Source: a virus
Length of the DNA stretch: 64,000 nucleotides
Strand: one strand, 5' to 3'
Virus record (IMG/VR): IMGVR_UViG_3300030098_003519
Span: 1 to 64,000 of that record
Part shown: positions 18,846-30,100 of the stretch, in pieces
Layout of the letters: each line of letters starts with the position of its first letter
How positions within the stretch are numbered: the first letter of the stretch is position 1
Notes under the pieces: generated by a model
What the model was told of the DNA's origin: nothing
What the model saw: the letters and a program-made list of their open reading frames with translations, nothing else
Databases searched by the model: none
Program-made: the position numbers and the translations under genes

Positions 18846-21800
18846 TCAATCAACTAAGTAAGCAGCAGTTCCCCCTGCACTTTGGGTTGTGTTCCCAAAT
18901 CCATAATTATTATATTTTCTTAGTACATTTATCTGAGTGGTATTTTTATACATGCCCTCACAAATATAAGTTTCACCTCCAGTTACTCCTCGTCTAGCAA
19001 TACCACCATGAAATCCATTATTCCATTGACCATCATTGCTAATAGTAAAAGGTAAACCGCTAACACCTACATTACAATTAGTTATAGCTGATGCTGTAAA
19101 TTTAAAATAGAACCAAACTCTAACTAATCTTCCCACTTTAACGTATCTTCCATATTGATCTTGAATACTACTAAGAGCTCCTGAACCCCCTTGGTGAGTA
19201 ATAACTGGTGTTGGAGTCCAATCGCCTTCCTCATAATCGTCAAGCTTCTCATCATCAGCACCTGCAGCATTTCCATCAGCACTAAAGTCAATAGCGTAAC
19301 CATCTGCCATTACCAAATCACCACGATTTATTTCAACATTTCCATTTCCTTTTAATGTCATTAAGTCATTTCCAGCAGTATTACCACCACCAGAACTTGC
19401 CACTGTAAATATCATTTTTGATTCTTGACTGGTTCCATCATTCCAGTTTGAATCTGCTTTAACATTAATCTCTGCTGCTCTATTTGTACCAGCAGATCCA
19501 GAACTAAATCTAAGATTTGTTAATGTAGTACCACTTGTTGGGTTTGCTTGTATTCTACAGAAAGAAGCACAACCGTATGTATTAGGAGTATTAGAATTAC
19601 CACAAACAACTAATGCACCACCACCAGCATGATTGTGCTGACCTATAATGACTCTTCCAGAACCATCAATAGCAAGTCTTGTTTCACTCTCAGTTTTATC
19701 ATAAAATTCTAATGTGCCATTAACAGTTTGACCATCAGCAATTCTCCAACTTTGTGTTGTTGATCCTGTCTTCTCTATTTCTATACCAATCGTAGAGTTT
19801 GCTTCTGAGGTTACTTTTAAAAGGTTGGTTCCTGATGCTTTCCAAAGTTCTAAAGTTTCATCTGGATTTTCAGTTCCGATACCAACTTTACCATCAGAGT
19901 CGATGCGAAGTCTTTCTTCTACTGTACTAGATCCATCAGGAGTGGTATGGAAAGTTAAATTTCCTGGCGTATCAGTGTTATCACCACTACTATTCCATGT
20001 ACCATCTGCTGATGCTAAAATTTTAGCACATACTTGATATGCGTTTCCACTCCAACCACGGAAACGAATTTCACCAATCCCATCAGTAGGAACTGTATCA
20101 TTACCAACAGTTCCACTAATACTTCTGTAGAAGTTTATAGTTGCTGCTTCACTAGCAGTAGAACCATAATTTGCAAGTCCTAAAACACCTTCCTTTGCAC
20201 CTGCAACTTCTAATCTATCTCCTGCCCAAGTATTAGCACTATCTCCTGCTCTTATATCACCATCAGATTTGATGCGGAGTGCTTCAATTTCACTCGAACC
20301 TGCTGCCTTTACACCAAATGTAAGTGCTCCAGAACCATTAGTTGCTTCATTAATTCCTCTAATATAAGAATTAACATTTACCATACCAGCATCAGTAGAA
20401 TACCAAGATATTTCACCTATTGGTTGGTTTGCTACAACAGAAGAATCAGTATCTTTGAATACTATTCTATTAGTTGGTCTTCCTGTTACACCATCTTGAT
20501 CTTTACTTAATTCTAATTGACCACCTGATGTGATGCGAAGTCTTTCATTACCACCAGGTCTAAATACGAAATCATCACTTATTCCTGATGTACTGAACAA
20601 AACACCAGGATCTGAACCACCAAGTTGCACACTAAATTCTCCAGAGTTACCAGCTGTTCTTTTAAGAATAAGTAAATTTGTCTGTGCAGCATCTGCTATT
20701 TCTAATTTTCCTGTTGGAATTTCAGTTCCAATACCGACATTACCATCTGATAAGATGCGAAGTCTTTCTGTTCCTCCACCACTTGCAAATAATAAAGCAC
20801 CACTTGCTCTAATAGCAGAATCAGTTACATTACCCGATTGTCCTGTTATGAAGTCTGCTGCGAGACCCATATACATTTTATCGGTTCCACTATTTCTTAT
20901 TCTAATTGATGTTCCTTGAGCATTACTACTATCAAGTCTCAAAAGAGTAGCAGCAGTTCCTTTTATCTCTAATTTAACACCTGCAGTTTGAGTTCCGATA
21001 CCCAAGTTTCCATAATGACTATTCAACCAACTATTATTATTACCCATCAACTTGGTATTCACAATACTATTGCTTGCATAATTTAATTGAAGATAAGCAC
21101 CAATACCAGATCCACCACCAATTTGAGTTGTATCACCACCACCTTGCAATCCAACAGTAACTACCTTATGGAATTTTGTTTGTTCTGATGCAGCATTAAT
21201 CTGCATCATATTCGTATCTGCGGCCGAAGATTTAGTTACTCTAAAGTTTAGGTTCTGATTAGTTGTTTCGTGATCTATATGACCACCACCAGATGTCTGA
21301 AATTTTACTGCGTTATGTTGGAATTGTGCAGTATTATCATCAGATCTAGTGAGTATATTACCAGCAACATCAACATTACCACCATCAGCAACTGAGAATA
21401 CCTCTGTAGATCCATCATATAAGTTGAAAATATCTGCAGTTCCACTCTGTGTGATTGCCACACCAACTACCGTATTACTATTTGCTCCTACTTCTATCCG
21501 ATCTACACCTATTAAATTTGTATCTAAAGTTGTTGTGGTTCCTTCTACTGTTAAATCATTAGATACTCGTAGATTATAGAATGTTGCTATTCCTGCAGTA
21601 TTATATGTTTGCCCACTAAAATGACCAGTTGCTGTTAATATTCCTGTTACTATGGATCCCGTTGATGTGGTTTCAAATCTTTTATTATCTGCACCATCAT
21701 ATAACTCTACGCCTCCATCTATGCCTGGTGTTGCTTTTATAAGTGTTTCAGTAGAAGCAGCATTTCTAAGTATAATTTCAGAAGAATCTAGATAAATTTT

Positions 21801-22079
21801 CTCACCATCTGCTGTACTTATTATTAAATTTCCATCGCCATTATGGGCAATAGTAGAGTTAGATCCAGTTGCGTATAGTTCTAGGTCTCCAGAATCACCG
21901 AATCTTAATTTTACATTATCTTTAAAATCTAATCTTCTCTCTGATGAATCAAATAATGCAGATCCAACACCAACCTGATCACCACGAAAATCTACATCCT
22001 TTCGCAGTATAGGGGAATCTATAGTACTTCCAGTAGCAATACCAGACGTAGATATTCTTGTTAAGTCAGTCAGTGCCAT
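18846..22079 (-). CDS. Tail fibre protein (MALT N-terminal class, LDDYEEG C-terminal domain)
   Basis: 1077 aa; ERLRI/VGIGT modules; KLDDYEEGDWTP..GRYVKVGRLV..GLPF C-terminus. Late promoter at 22098-22104. Confidence 0.8.
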   Translation of the reverse strand: MALTDLTRISTSGIATGSTIDSPILRKDVDFRGDQVGVGSALFDSSERRLDFKDNVKLRFGDSGDLELYATGSNSTIAHNGDGNLIISTADGEKIYLDSSEIILRNAASTETLIKATPGIDGGVELYDGADNKRFETTSTGSIVTGILTATGHFSGQTYNTAGIATFYNLRVSNDLTVEGTTTTLDTNLIGVDRIEVGANSNTVVGVAITQSGTADIFNLYDGSTEVFSVADGGNVDVAGNILTRSDDNTAQFQHNAVKFQTSGGGHIDHETTNQNLNFRVTKSSAADTNMMQINAASEQTKFHKVVTVGLQGGGDTTQIGGGSGIGAYLQLNYASNSIVNTKLMGNNNSWLNSHYGNLGIGTQTAGVKLEIKGTAATLLRLDSSNAQGTSIRIRNSGTDKMYMGLAADFITGQSGNVTDSAIRASGALLFASGGGTERLRILSDGNVGIGTEIPTGKLEIADAAQTNLLILKRTAGNSGEFSVQLGGSDPGVLFSTSGISDDFVFRPGGNERLRITSGGQLELSKDQDGVTGRPTNRIVFKDTDSSVVANQPIGEISWYSTDAGMVNVNSYIRGINEATNGSGALTFGVKAAGSSEIEALRIKSDGDIRAGDSANTWAGDRLEVAGAKEGVLGLANYGSTASEAATINFYRSISGTVGNDTVPTDGIGEIRFRGWSGNAYQVCAKILASADGTWNSSGDNTDTPGNLTFHTTPDGSSTVEERLRIDSDGKVGIGTENPDETLELWKASGTNLLKVTSEANSTIGIEIEKTGSTTQSWRIADGQTVNGTLEFYDKTESETRLAIDGSGRVIIGQHNHAGGGALVVCGNSNTPNTYGCASFCRIQANPTSGTTLTNLRFSSGSAGTNRAAEINVKADSNWNDGTSQESKMIFTVASSGGGNTAGNDLMTLKGNGNVEINRGDLVMADGYAIDFSADGNAAGADDEKLDDYEEGDWTPTPVITHQGGSGALSSIQDQYGRYVKVGRLVRVWFYFKFTASAITNCNVGVSGLPFTISNDGQWNNGFHGGIARRGVTGGETYICEGMYKNTTQINVLRKYNNYGFGNTTQSAGGTAAYLVD

Positions 22080-22103
22080 TTATACTACTTTTTTAGATAT
22101 TTA

Positions 22104-22466
22104 TCATATATCCTGAATAGCATCCCTTGCAGCTTGTCGCTTGGTTACTACATCAGAAGGTATTGCCTTTCCTGTATCTGCTTTTCTAACTACATACCAA
22201 TCTGTTGACTGTAGATATTTCAAATGTTCATTATTACTTCTCTCTTTCTGCTGTCTAAGAAGATCAGCATCAAGCATTGCAGTAGTAATCCCTAAAGGAT
22301 TTTTTTTCTTAACTTCATCCGCAATTTTTAATGCTTCGGATTCCATCTCTTCATAATTTTGAACAGTATAAACTTGATTTCCACCTGATGCAATATAAGT
22401 TTTACCTTCTAGTGGTTTTTTACCATCGGTGTCTTTATAAATTCCAGATTTAAATGAATCAGTCAT
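22104..22466 (-). CDS. Putative tail-fibre assembly chaperone
   Basis: 120 aa; YLQSTDWYVVRKADTGKAIPSDVVTKRQAAR is a Tfa-like C-terminus. Confidence 0.7.
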   Translation of the reverse strand: MTDSFKSGIYKDTDGKKPLEGKTYIASGGNQVYTVQNYEEMESEALKIADEVKKKNPLGITTAMLDADLLRQQKERSNNEHLKYLQSTDWYVVRKADTGKAIPSDVVTKRQAARDAIQDI

Positions 22467-22479
22467 AATTTACCTCCTT

Positions 22480-25400
22480 TTAGAATGCATCGCCTGTGCC
22501 TGTACTATATGTGTATGCAAGGACACAACTTGGTTTTTGCTGAGATACACCTATTATACCATCAGTTCCACCCTCAAATTTATAGAATCCCCAACGGTTG
22601 CTAGTCTGAGTACTAGTGGTATCAATATAACAACAAACATAACTACCACTAAGATACCAACCTGGATCTACCCCTCTATATGCTATTGATTTTCCATTGT
22701 ATAATGCCTGACTATTATAATGGTATCCACCACTTATGGAATGATGTACTTTATCACTACTATGAGATGATCCATTAACTTCCGATGTCCAAGAACCAAT
22801 ATACTCATATCCTTTAATATCTATCAACCACATTGATCCACCAGTAATGTTGAATTTCACATGTAGATATCTTGCACCTGATCCATTAGGTGCAACCATA
22901 CCAGCAAATGGTGTATAAGATCCTACAACACCACTATTACGAGTAGCAGAATGACCACCATAGTTACACCAGAGTGTACCTTGAGGGCCTGCTGCAAGAC
23001 CTCTTGTAGTAACAGCACCAGCAGTGTCTAATCCCGAAGATGCATGGAATATACCAAACATCGACTTATTCAATCTCAATTGGGCAGGAGCATATCCAGT
23101 ATTACCTTGCTGGAAATTGCCATCAATGGTTAGACGAGTACCATTATATGAGTTATTATCTATTGCAGGATTTGCACCCTGAATAGTGGCTCCAAGCATA
23201 GTTTTGCCTGGAAGCACTGTCACATGGAATGTACCAGATTGAACAGTAGTACCAGACCATCGACCAAATATTTTTAGATGAGATCCACTAGAACTTGAGG
23301 AATCAACAAGTTTCCATGCTTTAAAGTTATGACCACCATGATTATCAGTAGCTAGTAACTCTAAAGATTCAGACCAATCATAATCATAATCAGGCCCATG
23401 AGATGATCCTGCTTCAAGTATTGCATATCCATGATAACAACAACCTGGTGCATGAATAGATGACCATTCAACTACAAATTGACCTCTTCTACCTGATCCA
23501 TAGGGAACATAACCAAAGTAAATCCAATCATTATTTGCAGGAGTAATAGCAGCAGAATTGTGAGAGTGATAGAAACCACCAGAACCTTGCGGTAGTTGTA
23601 TTTTAGTATTTGTGACACCACTTCCACCTCTAATCCTAAATTTATCAGTGTTAGATGAACCATCATATGTTGTGAATAGTAAATGGTATCCAGATTCTCC
23701 TTTAATGTAATTATCACCATTATTCCAAGTAATAGTATTACCTTGCTCTAGATATATTCCACCATTACGAACAGTCAATGCTGCTGGTAATGCTTCATTA
23801 AGAGGGCAATTAACACCCAACTTCCCACTTGTTACTCTTACATCACCAGAGGTATCAATGCAAAGGTCATCTGCAGCTGCAGAACCACCCAAACCAAGAT
23901 AACCAGTGTTGTTTGTGTTCGATGTTGCGACTGCCTGTATTGATGTCTGGAATGATGTTACTGTAGTACTACCATTATGTCTTGTTGCATTAAAGAATAA
24001 TTTTGGAGAACTATCATACTGACCAGCAGATAAAGAGTAATCACCACCGAAAGTTGCATCAAAGTTTGCTACACCACCACTCCCAAAACTAAAAGCTCTA
24101 CCATTTCCATCAGTATTTCTAATTTCAAAAGGTGTTGTATTAGCATCAATTCTTAATCCATTTATTCCATCAGGACATTTTAACCATAGTCTTGGATTAG
24201 AACCCCACTCAACATAATCAGTTGTTGAGTTACTTGTTCCTAATTTAATTTTACCATCAGATTTGATGCGAAGTCTTTCTGTATTATTTGTTGCTAAACA
24301 TAATGCTGTTCCATTGTTATATCCACTGGTACTTTCAGCATAAATTATTCCAGATTTATTTGATTCTCCACCACTTGCTTCACTACCTAATGATAATTTA
24401 ATTCCTACTCTTGCTAATGTCTCACTACCAGTTTGAGCACCTGGATTAGTAATATTGATTAATCTTGTATAACTATTTGCTGCTGCACCAAGTTTTATCT
24501 CAAATTTAGGTGTTGCACCATTAAATAATCCACTAGCATGAATTGCAGTATTCGCTGCAGCAGCACCTATATTTGTATTTCCTGAACTGTCGATGCGAAG
24601 TTTTTCACTATCTCCACCACCTGTTACGAATGTTAAACATCTTCTATTTGCAGTCGTACTATGACTTTCGTGCCAATATCTAATATAACCATCTTTCTGT
24701 CCATTCGTGCCTGGATTTCCAAAGAAGATTGTACTCTCACCAGTTCCAGGTGATAGTATGGACAATCCAGTATTACCACTACTCTCAAGAACTAATTCAT
24801 CTCCACCTGCATCTGCCTCGACTGAACCTGCAGAGGTTTGTCCTATATGAACTAATCCATCAGTAATATGTGTTCCTATAGCAACTTTCTGACCCTTTGG
24901 TTGTATTATTAAAGCATGAGCAGCAGTTGGATGATTGTTCTCAAGTATTAAATTGTTAATACCATATACACTATATCCTGATTTAAGTCCTCCACCAGTA
25001 TTGTACCATCTACCTACACTAATATGATTTTCCCCAGCTGTATCTCCATCAGCCCATACACCATAATAATCATTCTTAGCATCAATACTAACTCTACCTG
25101 TTATTGAAACTGGTTGTTTTGGATCATTAGTTCCGATCCCGACTTTACCTGCTGATGTGATGCGAAGTCTTTCACCACCACCAGTATAAAATCTTATTGG
25201 TATATTATCACTCGATAAAGTTTCTAAAAATGCACCTGTAGAATCAACTCCATGATTAAAACTTCCTACTCCTTCTTTTGTTACTCTAAATTGTAAGTTT
25301 GCATCTGTACCAGCGAGTTGTAAATGAGTTGCTGGATCATCAGTTCCGATACCAACTTTACTATCTGGTGTGATGCGAAGTGCTTCATCAGTAGAACCAT

Positions 25401-27129
25401 AAGCACTTCCACCAGCAACATGGAAAGTTAGACCTTCCCTTGCTGCTATTCCTAATGCACCATTACTATGAGAGAATAAACCAGATAATTCTTTAGAACC
25501 ATCACTCTGTCTTGAGAAGAATATTCCAGATCCTTCATTACTTACGTCATCGTGTGCTGCAGTTCCAAATGATATGTGTTTATTAGTTCCAGTTGTTATC
25601 TGTGCTTTATATGTTGTTTGAGTAAAATTAGCACCAATGTTTACTGTTCCTGCTTGAGTAATGCGAAGTGCTTCTGCATTTACAGCAGCCTCATTCTTTG
25701 TAAAGAATGAAAGCCATCCACCAGAATCATCACCAGCATTAGTATCACTAGTTTTTAGATACGCCTGTATAGCTGCTACCTGTTTAGAACCAGCATTATT
25801 ACCACTTGAACTATGACTATTTTCCCTATTAACAAATCTTAGTGTTCCAACATTAGTACTATCTGCATTTTGATTTGAACTTATATTAATAATTCCATAC
25901 TCACCAACACTTCCATCACCTGTTACTTCTAATATCTTACAATTTGCTGTATCATTATTGAATGAATAACTGCTTAAACCTTGAGTTACTATATGTCCTG
26001 CATTTGTAATGCGAAATTTTTCTGTTGGTGTACCACCTGGACAAGTAAAGAAAGTTGTATCAAATTTATTAGTACCATCTACATCTAAAACTCTGATTGA
26101 ATTATACCTATCGTTAGGACTTGCATCTGATGGAACAAATTTTAACTCAGTACTTGTATTTGTAGTCGTTCCATGATTTTCTAATATTAATGATACTAAA
26201 TTATTTCCAGCACTACTCTGGTAAATGTGCATTCCACCTGCAGCAACTTCTGTTGAAATTCCAGCACCAGTTGATAATCTTCCACTTCCATCAATACGAA
26301 GTTTTTCTGTGCCACCATCATCTTCAACAACAAAAGCATCAGTAGCTGCTGGCATACCAATATTCCAACCACCAATTCCACTACTATCAAAGTGTATTGT
26401 TACTTTATTGGTTGTAGTCGATCCATCCCAGTTACTTAAAGTAAGAGCATCTGTATCTACATCTCCAGTATTAATAATTGCTGTTGTGTTGATATTATTG
26501 CCAGCACCAACAATAAGTTTAGTATTTGAACCTGTGTTATTACTTGATCCGATATGGAATCTACCATCTGAGTCGATGCGAAGTTTTTCTACATTACCTG
26601 GTGAGAATACTATAGGTTCAAGAGCATATGTTCTTAATCTCCATTCTGGGTTTGCAGTTGCAATATTAGAACATTGCACACCAAATGCTCCTGTAGCACT
26701 TCTAACCATGAATAAGTCTTTATCAGTTGCAGCAGTATTTGAAAAGACATCTAAAGGAGCATTTGGTGCAACAGTTCCTATTCCCACCTCACCAGTATCA
26801 ACAACTGTAAGAACTTCACTAGTTCCATCAAATAAGTTTAATATATCTCCTGCACCTGTTTGAGTTATAATTCCTGCTGTTGTTGTACTATTAGCCGCTA
26901 CTCTTAACAACTCCACATTTCTCAGAGTTGTATTTAAAGTTGTTGTATCTCCTTGTACTGTTAAATTACCAGTAACATTGACATTAGTAAAAGTTGAGGT
27001 ATTACCAGTACCAGCTCCTATCTCACCAACAAATCTTGTTGCTGTTATAATTCCTGCAGAATGTATATTGTGAGTTCGGAGTTGTGCTAGTGTATGAATA
27101 CCAGGTCCAACAACTTTAGTAAATGCCAT
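22480..27129 (-). CDS. Long tail fibre protein
   Basis: 1549 aa with about ten E[KRA]xRI-delimited modules. Late promoter at 27148-27154. Confidence 0.8.
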   Translation of the reverse strand: MAFTKVVGPGIHTLAQLRTHNIHSAGIITATRFVGEIGAGTGNTSTFTNVNVTGNLTVQGDTTTLNTTLRNVELLRVAANSTTTAGIITQTGAGDILNLFDGTSEVLTVVDTGEVGIGTVAPNAPLDVFSNTAATDKDLFMVRSATGAFGVQCSNIATANPEWRLRTYALEPIVFSPGNVEKLRIDSDGRFHIGSSNNTGSNTKLIVGAGNNINTTAIINTGDVDTDALTLSNWDGSTTTNKVTIHFDSSGIGGWNIGMPAATDAFVVEDDGGTEKLRIDGSGRLSTGAGISTEVAAGGMHIYQSSAGNNLVSLILENHGTTTNTSTELKFVPSDASPNDRYNSIRVLDVDGTNKFDTTFFTCPGGTPTEKFRITNAGHIVTQGLSSYSFNNDTANCKILEVTGDGSVGEYGIINISSNQNADSTNVGTLRFVNRENSHSSSGNNAGSKQVAAIQAYLKTSDTNAGDDSGGWLSFFTKNEAAVNAEALRITQAGTVNIGANFTQTTYKAQITTGTNKHISFGTAAHDDVSNEGSGIFFSRQSDGSKELSGLFSHSNGALGIAAREGLTFHVAGGSAYGSTDEALRITPDSKVGIGTDDPATHLQLAGTDANLQFRVTKEGVGSFNHGVDSTGAFLETLSSDNIPIRFYTGGGERLRITSAGKVGIGTNDPKQPVSITGRVSIDAKNDYYGVWADGDTAGENHISVGRWYNTGGGLKSGYSVYGINNLILENNHPTAAHALIIQPKGQKVAIGTHITDGLVHIGQTSAGSVEADAGGDELVLESSGNTGLSILSPGTGESTIFFGNPGTNGQKDGYIRYWHESHSTTANRRCLTFVTGGGDSEKLRIDSSGNTNIGAAAANTAIHASGLFNGATPKFEIKLGAAANSYTRLINITNPGAQTGSETLARVGIKLSLGSEASGGESNKSGIIYAESTSGYNNGTALCLATNNTERLRIKSDGKIKLGTSNSTTDYVEWGSNPRLWLKCPDGINGLRIDANTTPFEIRNTDGNGRAFSFGSGGVANFDATFGGDYSLSAGQYDSSPKLFFNATRHNGSTTVTSFQTSIQAVATSNTNNTGYLGLGGSAAADDLCIDTSGDVRVTSGKLGVNCPLNEALPAALTVRNGGIYLEQGNTITWNNGDNYIKGESGYHLLFTTYDGSSNTDKFRIRGGSGVTNTKIQLPQGSGGFYHSHNSAAITPANNDWIYFGYVPYGSGRRGQFVVEWSSIHAPGCCYHGYAILEAGSSHGPDYDYDWSESLELLATDNHGGHNFKAWKLVDSSSSSGSHLKIFGRWSGTTVQSGTFHVTVLPGKTMLGATIQGANPAIDNNSYNGTRLTIDGNFQQGNTGYAPAQLRLNKSMFGIFHASSGLDTAGAVTTRGLAAGPQGTLWCNYGGHSATRNSGVVGSYTPFAGMVAPNGSGARYLHVKFNITGGSMWLIDIKGYEYIGSWTSEVNGSSHSSDKVHHSISGGYHYNSQALYNGKSIAYRGVDPGWYLSGSYVCCYIDTTSTQTSNRWGFYKFEGGTDGIIGVSQQKPSCVLAYTYSTGTGDAF

Positions 27130-27161
27130 TAGATATTACTTTTTAGTTATTTATGTGAAGA

Positions 27162-30100
27162 TTACTTAAATTCATCTGGTACTACTACATCATCAGTTCC
27201 ATTCAAATTCTCAACAGTTCTTGCTGGTTCAAGAATAAGATTACCATCATTATCAGTAAGATCACTTGATTTAATAATATCATCTTGCCTTTCACCAACA
27301 ACCATCCAAGAAACAGTATCAGTACAACTATTATCTTGAGCAGTAATAGTTAAAGTGTTTCCAGAAACAGTACCTTTAACATTAGTCCATCCAGTTTCAT
27401 TAGTTGTGAAACATTGTATATCTCTATTTAATGCGACAAAGGTTCCAGCACTCATGCCAACCTTAGTATCAATATTAACGGTAGCAGTACCACCAACAAG
27501 ATCAACTTTACCACGATAAATGTTATCACATTGTGGACCTTCAATAAATGAGTGTACTAAATCTTTTGTAGTTGAAAGACCAACAAGAGGATGAGGAATC
27601 TTAAATGATCCACTACCTTTAGATATTGAACCAGTAATAGAAAGATTATTGGAGATCTGAACTCTATGGAATTTACGATAATCATTAGAATAATAAGAGT
27701 TTGGAGGATTAGCATTAGTCAAATCCCATCTTATATTAGAACCAGGAATGATATCAATACTTGCATTAGGTGGTGATGCATCACTATTTCTCATTCTTCC
27801 AACAGTTGCAGCATTTGTCCCTACAGTGAAGTCACTGTTTATAGTAACAGATTCACCATAAATCATTCTATATCTGAAATCATGGTTCCAATCATAACCA
27901 TGAAATCTTATCCATACATCTTGATTACTATCAACAACAAGTTGAACAACAGATTTTTCTGCCGTCTGTTGATCATGACATATACTCATACTAGAGTTGG
28001 CATACTTTAAAACTTCAATTGTTCCCCTAACAGAACGTGGATAGTTAGTATCACCAGTAGCCATATATTCAAGGTATGCAAGACCAGAACTTCCTACATT
28101 TTTAACTAACTTAATCCAATAGTAATCCATAGCAGGAGATTTACTGGTATTATAATCAAAACAACTTGTTGTATACCAAGGAGTACCAGCTATTATCTGA
28201 TGTCCCATAGAATCTGATAAAATAGTTGTACTATCAACAATAGATACACCAAAACCAACATTATTACCAGATAACATCAATTGACCAGTATTATTGATGC
28301 GAACTCTTTCAGATCCATCTACTTGTAAAGATATATTTGATCCACCTCCACTAGAAGCATTTCCAGCATCACATCTAATTTTTAGATTGTCACCATTACT
28401 TTCGATAATACTTTGTCCATGAGTACCATCAGTGTCTTCCATGCATACGGCAGGAACACCACCTTTCAGGTGAATCATATAATCTGGATTAGTTTCTCCG
28501 ATACCAAGTCTCCTATTAACACCATCAAAAGTTGCTATAGGATAACCACCACCATAAATTTGAGTATGTCTAATAGTAGAAGTTCCTGTTGATCCAAGTC
28601 TTGCTGCATATGTACCACCAGACCAACTAAAAGAAGCATATGAAACAAGAGGATGAGTATCTATTTTATAAGAAGTACCACCTACTATTGCAATATTTCC
28701 ACCATTAACCTGAAATTTTTCTGCTGGATTTGTAATTCCGATACCAACATAACCTGTATCTCCTACGCAACGAAGTCTTTCATTTGAATTTACAACAAGT
28801 CTCAAGTCATCTTCAATTGCATCAATATTTGTTTGTGTTCCTCTAACAACATTATTTCTAAAAATTAAACGAGAACGATTAACTCCATAACAATCAAGAG
28901 TCAATGCACTATTTCCTGATGCCCTTGCAACAGATAATTGACTACCAGAAGCAGGTGTTCCGATACCAACTAGACCACTACCACTGATGGCAAGTCTTTT
29001 TAGACTAGTAGTTCCATCTGATGTCCATATATTATAGTAAGAATCTAATAATGTTGCACCACTAGGAGTATCTGTAGAACCTGTAGCAATATTTGATCCT
29101 GTAAAATATCCATTAGTAACATCAGCAAAACAAGAAGTAGAACTATATCCTTCTCTATACTTTACCCATATTTCAGCACTTTTGGCAGAACTATCATACT
29201 TATGAGCAACTCCAGCAATACCTTCACGAACAGCAGTTGTACTATAAAAATAACCATATAAAGTAGGGTTGGAAGAGAATGCTAAATGAATCTTTGTTTC
29301 ACCAGAAACATTACTATTAGAATCATGAGTTGCTGCTCCAAGAACTGTTATCGTTGCCCTTGCTGCAGCATCAACACCTACACCAGCCCAAGTACCAACC
29401 TTAAACCATTTACCAGGATCATTAGAATTTGCTTCTGTACCGCCTACAGTTCCACGAGTAAATTTGGTTCCTCCATCAGATGCAATTCTAAGTCTTTCTG
29501 CTACACCAACCCCAGATGCATTTGTTTTAAGTACTAATGAAGAACCACCAGAAAGATAAGGAGCAATTGATGCTTCACCAGCATCAGTTACAGACATATC
29601 AATTACACCATTCTGACTAGGACTTAGTATTCCAAAAGTTCCTTTAAGATTTAATGTTCTTGTACTTGAATCAGTAGTGGCTATCATTACATTGCCACCT
29701 GCAGGTTGAATTGCCAAGTGTCTAGCACCATCTCCACTATGTCTAGCTTGCATAAAATAAGGATGTGGTGAAGAGTTAGAAAGTCCAAATACTAATTCAG
29801 ATCCTTCACACCTAAGAGTATGTCCACCTGTTGCATTCCAAGTTACTGATGGAGCAAAAGTACTTGCATATTTTGCAACTAATCCTGCATCAGTTTGTGG
29901 ATCTGTTATACCAATACCAACCGAACCACCCATAGGGTTTAAAGTTATTTGTCTAAGACCACTACCACTTGTATTTGCTTGTATAAACAATGCATAAGGG
30001 GCATATGCAGTCAATCCAAATTTTAATTCGGATCCTTCATTCCTGAATATCTGACCTGGATTACCACCACCCCAAGTTAAAGTTGGAGTAGATAATCCTA

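Noticed and set aside
26225-26863. Long antisense ORFs within fibre genes (also 20530-20919, 36610-37005, 41072-41638, 12994-13500)
   Set aside because: They mirror Gly/Thr/Ser-rich coding frames, where the complementary frame rarely has stops. They have no RBS, promoter or domain features.
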